In this document: piece after piece, positions 31,318-32,000 of the stretch
How positions within the stretch are numbered: the first letter of the stretch is position 1
How the letters are laid out: each line of letters begins with the position of its first letter
NCBI RefSeq assembly: GCF_000582535.1
Contig: NZ_CP006932.1
Location: 180,001-212,000, forward strand
DNA length: 32,000 nucleotides
From: Candidatus Saccharimonadota bacterium
GTDB taxonomy: Bacteria; Bacillota_I; Bacilli_A; Mycoplasmatales; Hepatoplasmataceae
Direction of reading: 5' to 3'
Notes under the pieces: model-generated
Told to the model about the DNA's origin: nothing
The model's database searches: none
What the model saw: only the letters and a program-made list of their open reading frames with translations
Position numbers and translations under genes: made by a program

Positions 31318-31842
31318 ATGAAAAAAGAAAATACTGATATTCAAAATCAAGAAATCGCAATTTTTCCTGCATCTTTTAATCCAATTCATAATGGTCATAT
31401 TGAACTTATTGAAATTTCAGCAGAAATTTATAAAACATTATATGTGTTTGTTGCAAATAATGAAAGTAAAAATTATTCTGTTGATCTTGAAGAAAGATAT
31501 AAAATTGTAAAAAAAGCAATTTCATCATTGAATAAGGATAATATTATAGTTGTGAAACAAAGTAATTTACAAACAACGGGATTATTTACAAAATTAAATA
31601 AAATTAATGTTGTAATAAGAGGAAGCAGAGAAGTAAAATTATCATCTTATGAATCAATTCTAGCTGATAAATATTTGGAAGATAATAGTCAATTAAAATT
31701 TCATTTTTTTAGTTTTGAAGATGAAAAAACTTCTTCTACTAAAATAAGAGAATTAATTTCAAATAATCAATCAATTAGTGAATTTGTCCCTAAAATTGTT
31801 GAAAAAGATATAATAAAACTATGAAAAAACGCGGAAAAATAA
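31318..31842 (+). CDS. coaD: Phosphopantetheine adenylyltransferase
   Basis: ORF 31318-31824 continues through TGA to TAA 31840-31842. [12 protein letters not shown] (the T/HxGH motif) is present, [14 protein letters not shown] corresponds to the RGLR region, and SSTKIRE...ISEFVP matches the CoaD C-terminus. Confidence 0.88.
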
Positions 31843-32000
31843 TTGTTTTTACTGGACCTAGTGGTGTTGGAAAAGAAACTGTTAAAAAATTATTTATTAA
31901 TGATAAAAGGTTTAATCTTCGTTATTCAATTTCAGCAACATCTCGCCCAAAAAGAAAAGGTGAATTAAATGGTAAAAATTATCATTTTTTAACAAAAGAG
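31821..32000 (+). CDS. gmk: Guanylate kinase, N-terminal 60 codons (3' end lies outside the window)
   Basis: ATG 31821 overlaps the coaD end. Translation [16 protein letters not shown]...[22 protein letters not shown] includes the Gmk P-loop and GMP-binding motifs. Confidence 0.88.
   Translation, partial: MKKRGKIIVFTGPSGVGKETVKKLFINDKRFNLRYSISATSRPKRKGELNGKNYHFLTKE

Overview
This window is a very AT-rich stretch of a Mollicutes-type chromosome that reads UGA as Trp (translation table 4). The supplied standard-code ORF track therefore splits most genes into pieces. Reading TGA as Trp merges the pieces into 32 tightly packed CDS, 31 on the + strand and 1 on the - strand. Conserved Trp positions confirm the code, for example thioredoxin WCGPC, PurA QWGDEGKG and the RCC1 WG motifs. 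Most of the window is housekeeping with Bacillus-like synteny: polC (3' end), nusA-ylxR-infB-rbfA-truB-ribF, rsgA, rpsO, acpS, plsC, deoA/pdp, scpA-scpB-rluB, a MATE transporter, a Cof-type HAD phosphatase, a TrmH methyltransferase, trxA, pheS-pheT, a second polytopic membrane protein, purB-purA, nfo, then a DEAD-box helicase (-), rsmD, coaD and gmk (5' end). I saw no rRNA, tRNA, CRISPR array, IS element or integrase. The block from about 24.86 to 29.63 kb stands out. Directly behind nfo lies a translationally coupled pair: a SIR2-like protein and a HerA/DUF87-like P-loop ATPase. This is the architecture of SIR2-HerA (Nezha-type) antiphage systems. The SIR2-like protein, however, has no histidine at all, and its recalled NAD-site motifs are substituted. 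After a terminator comes a membrane-anchored protein with seven RCC1-type propeller blades. Secondary observations: a candidate ~125-nt minus-strand sRNA between rpsO and acpS; a purA gene with no canonical start codon and no internal Met; three consecutive TGA Trp codons; candidate leaderless promoters; and an alternative-pairing hairpin set after ribF. All functional calls rest on motif recognition by eye and were not checked against any database.
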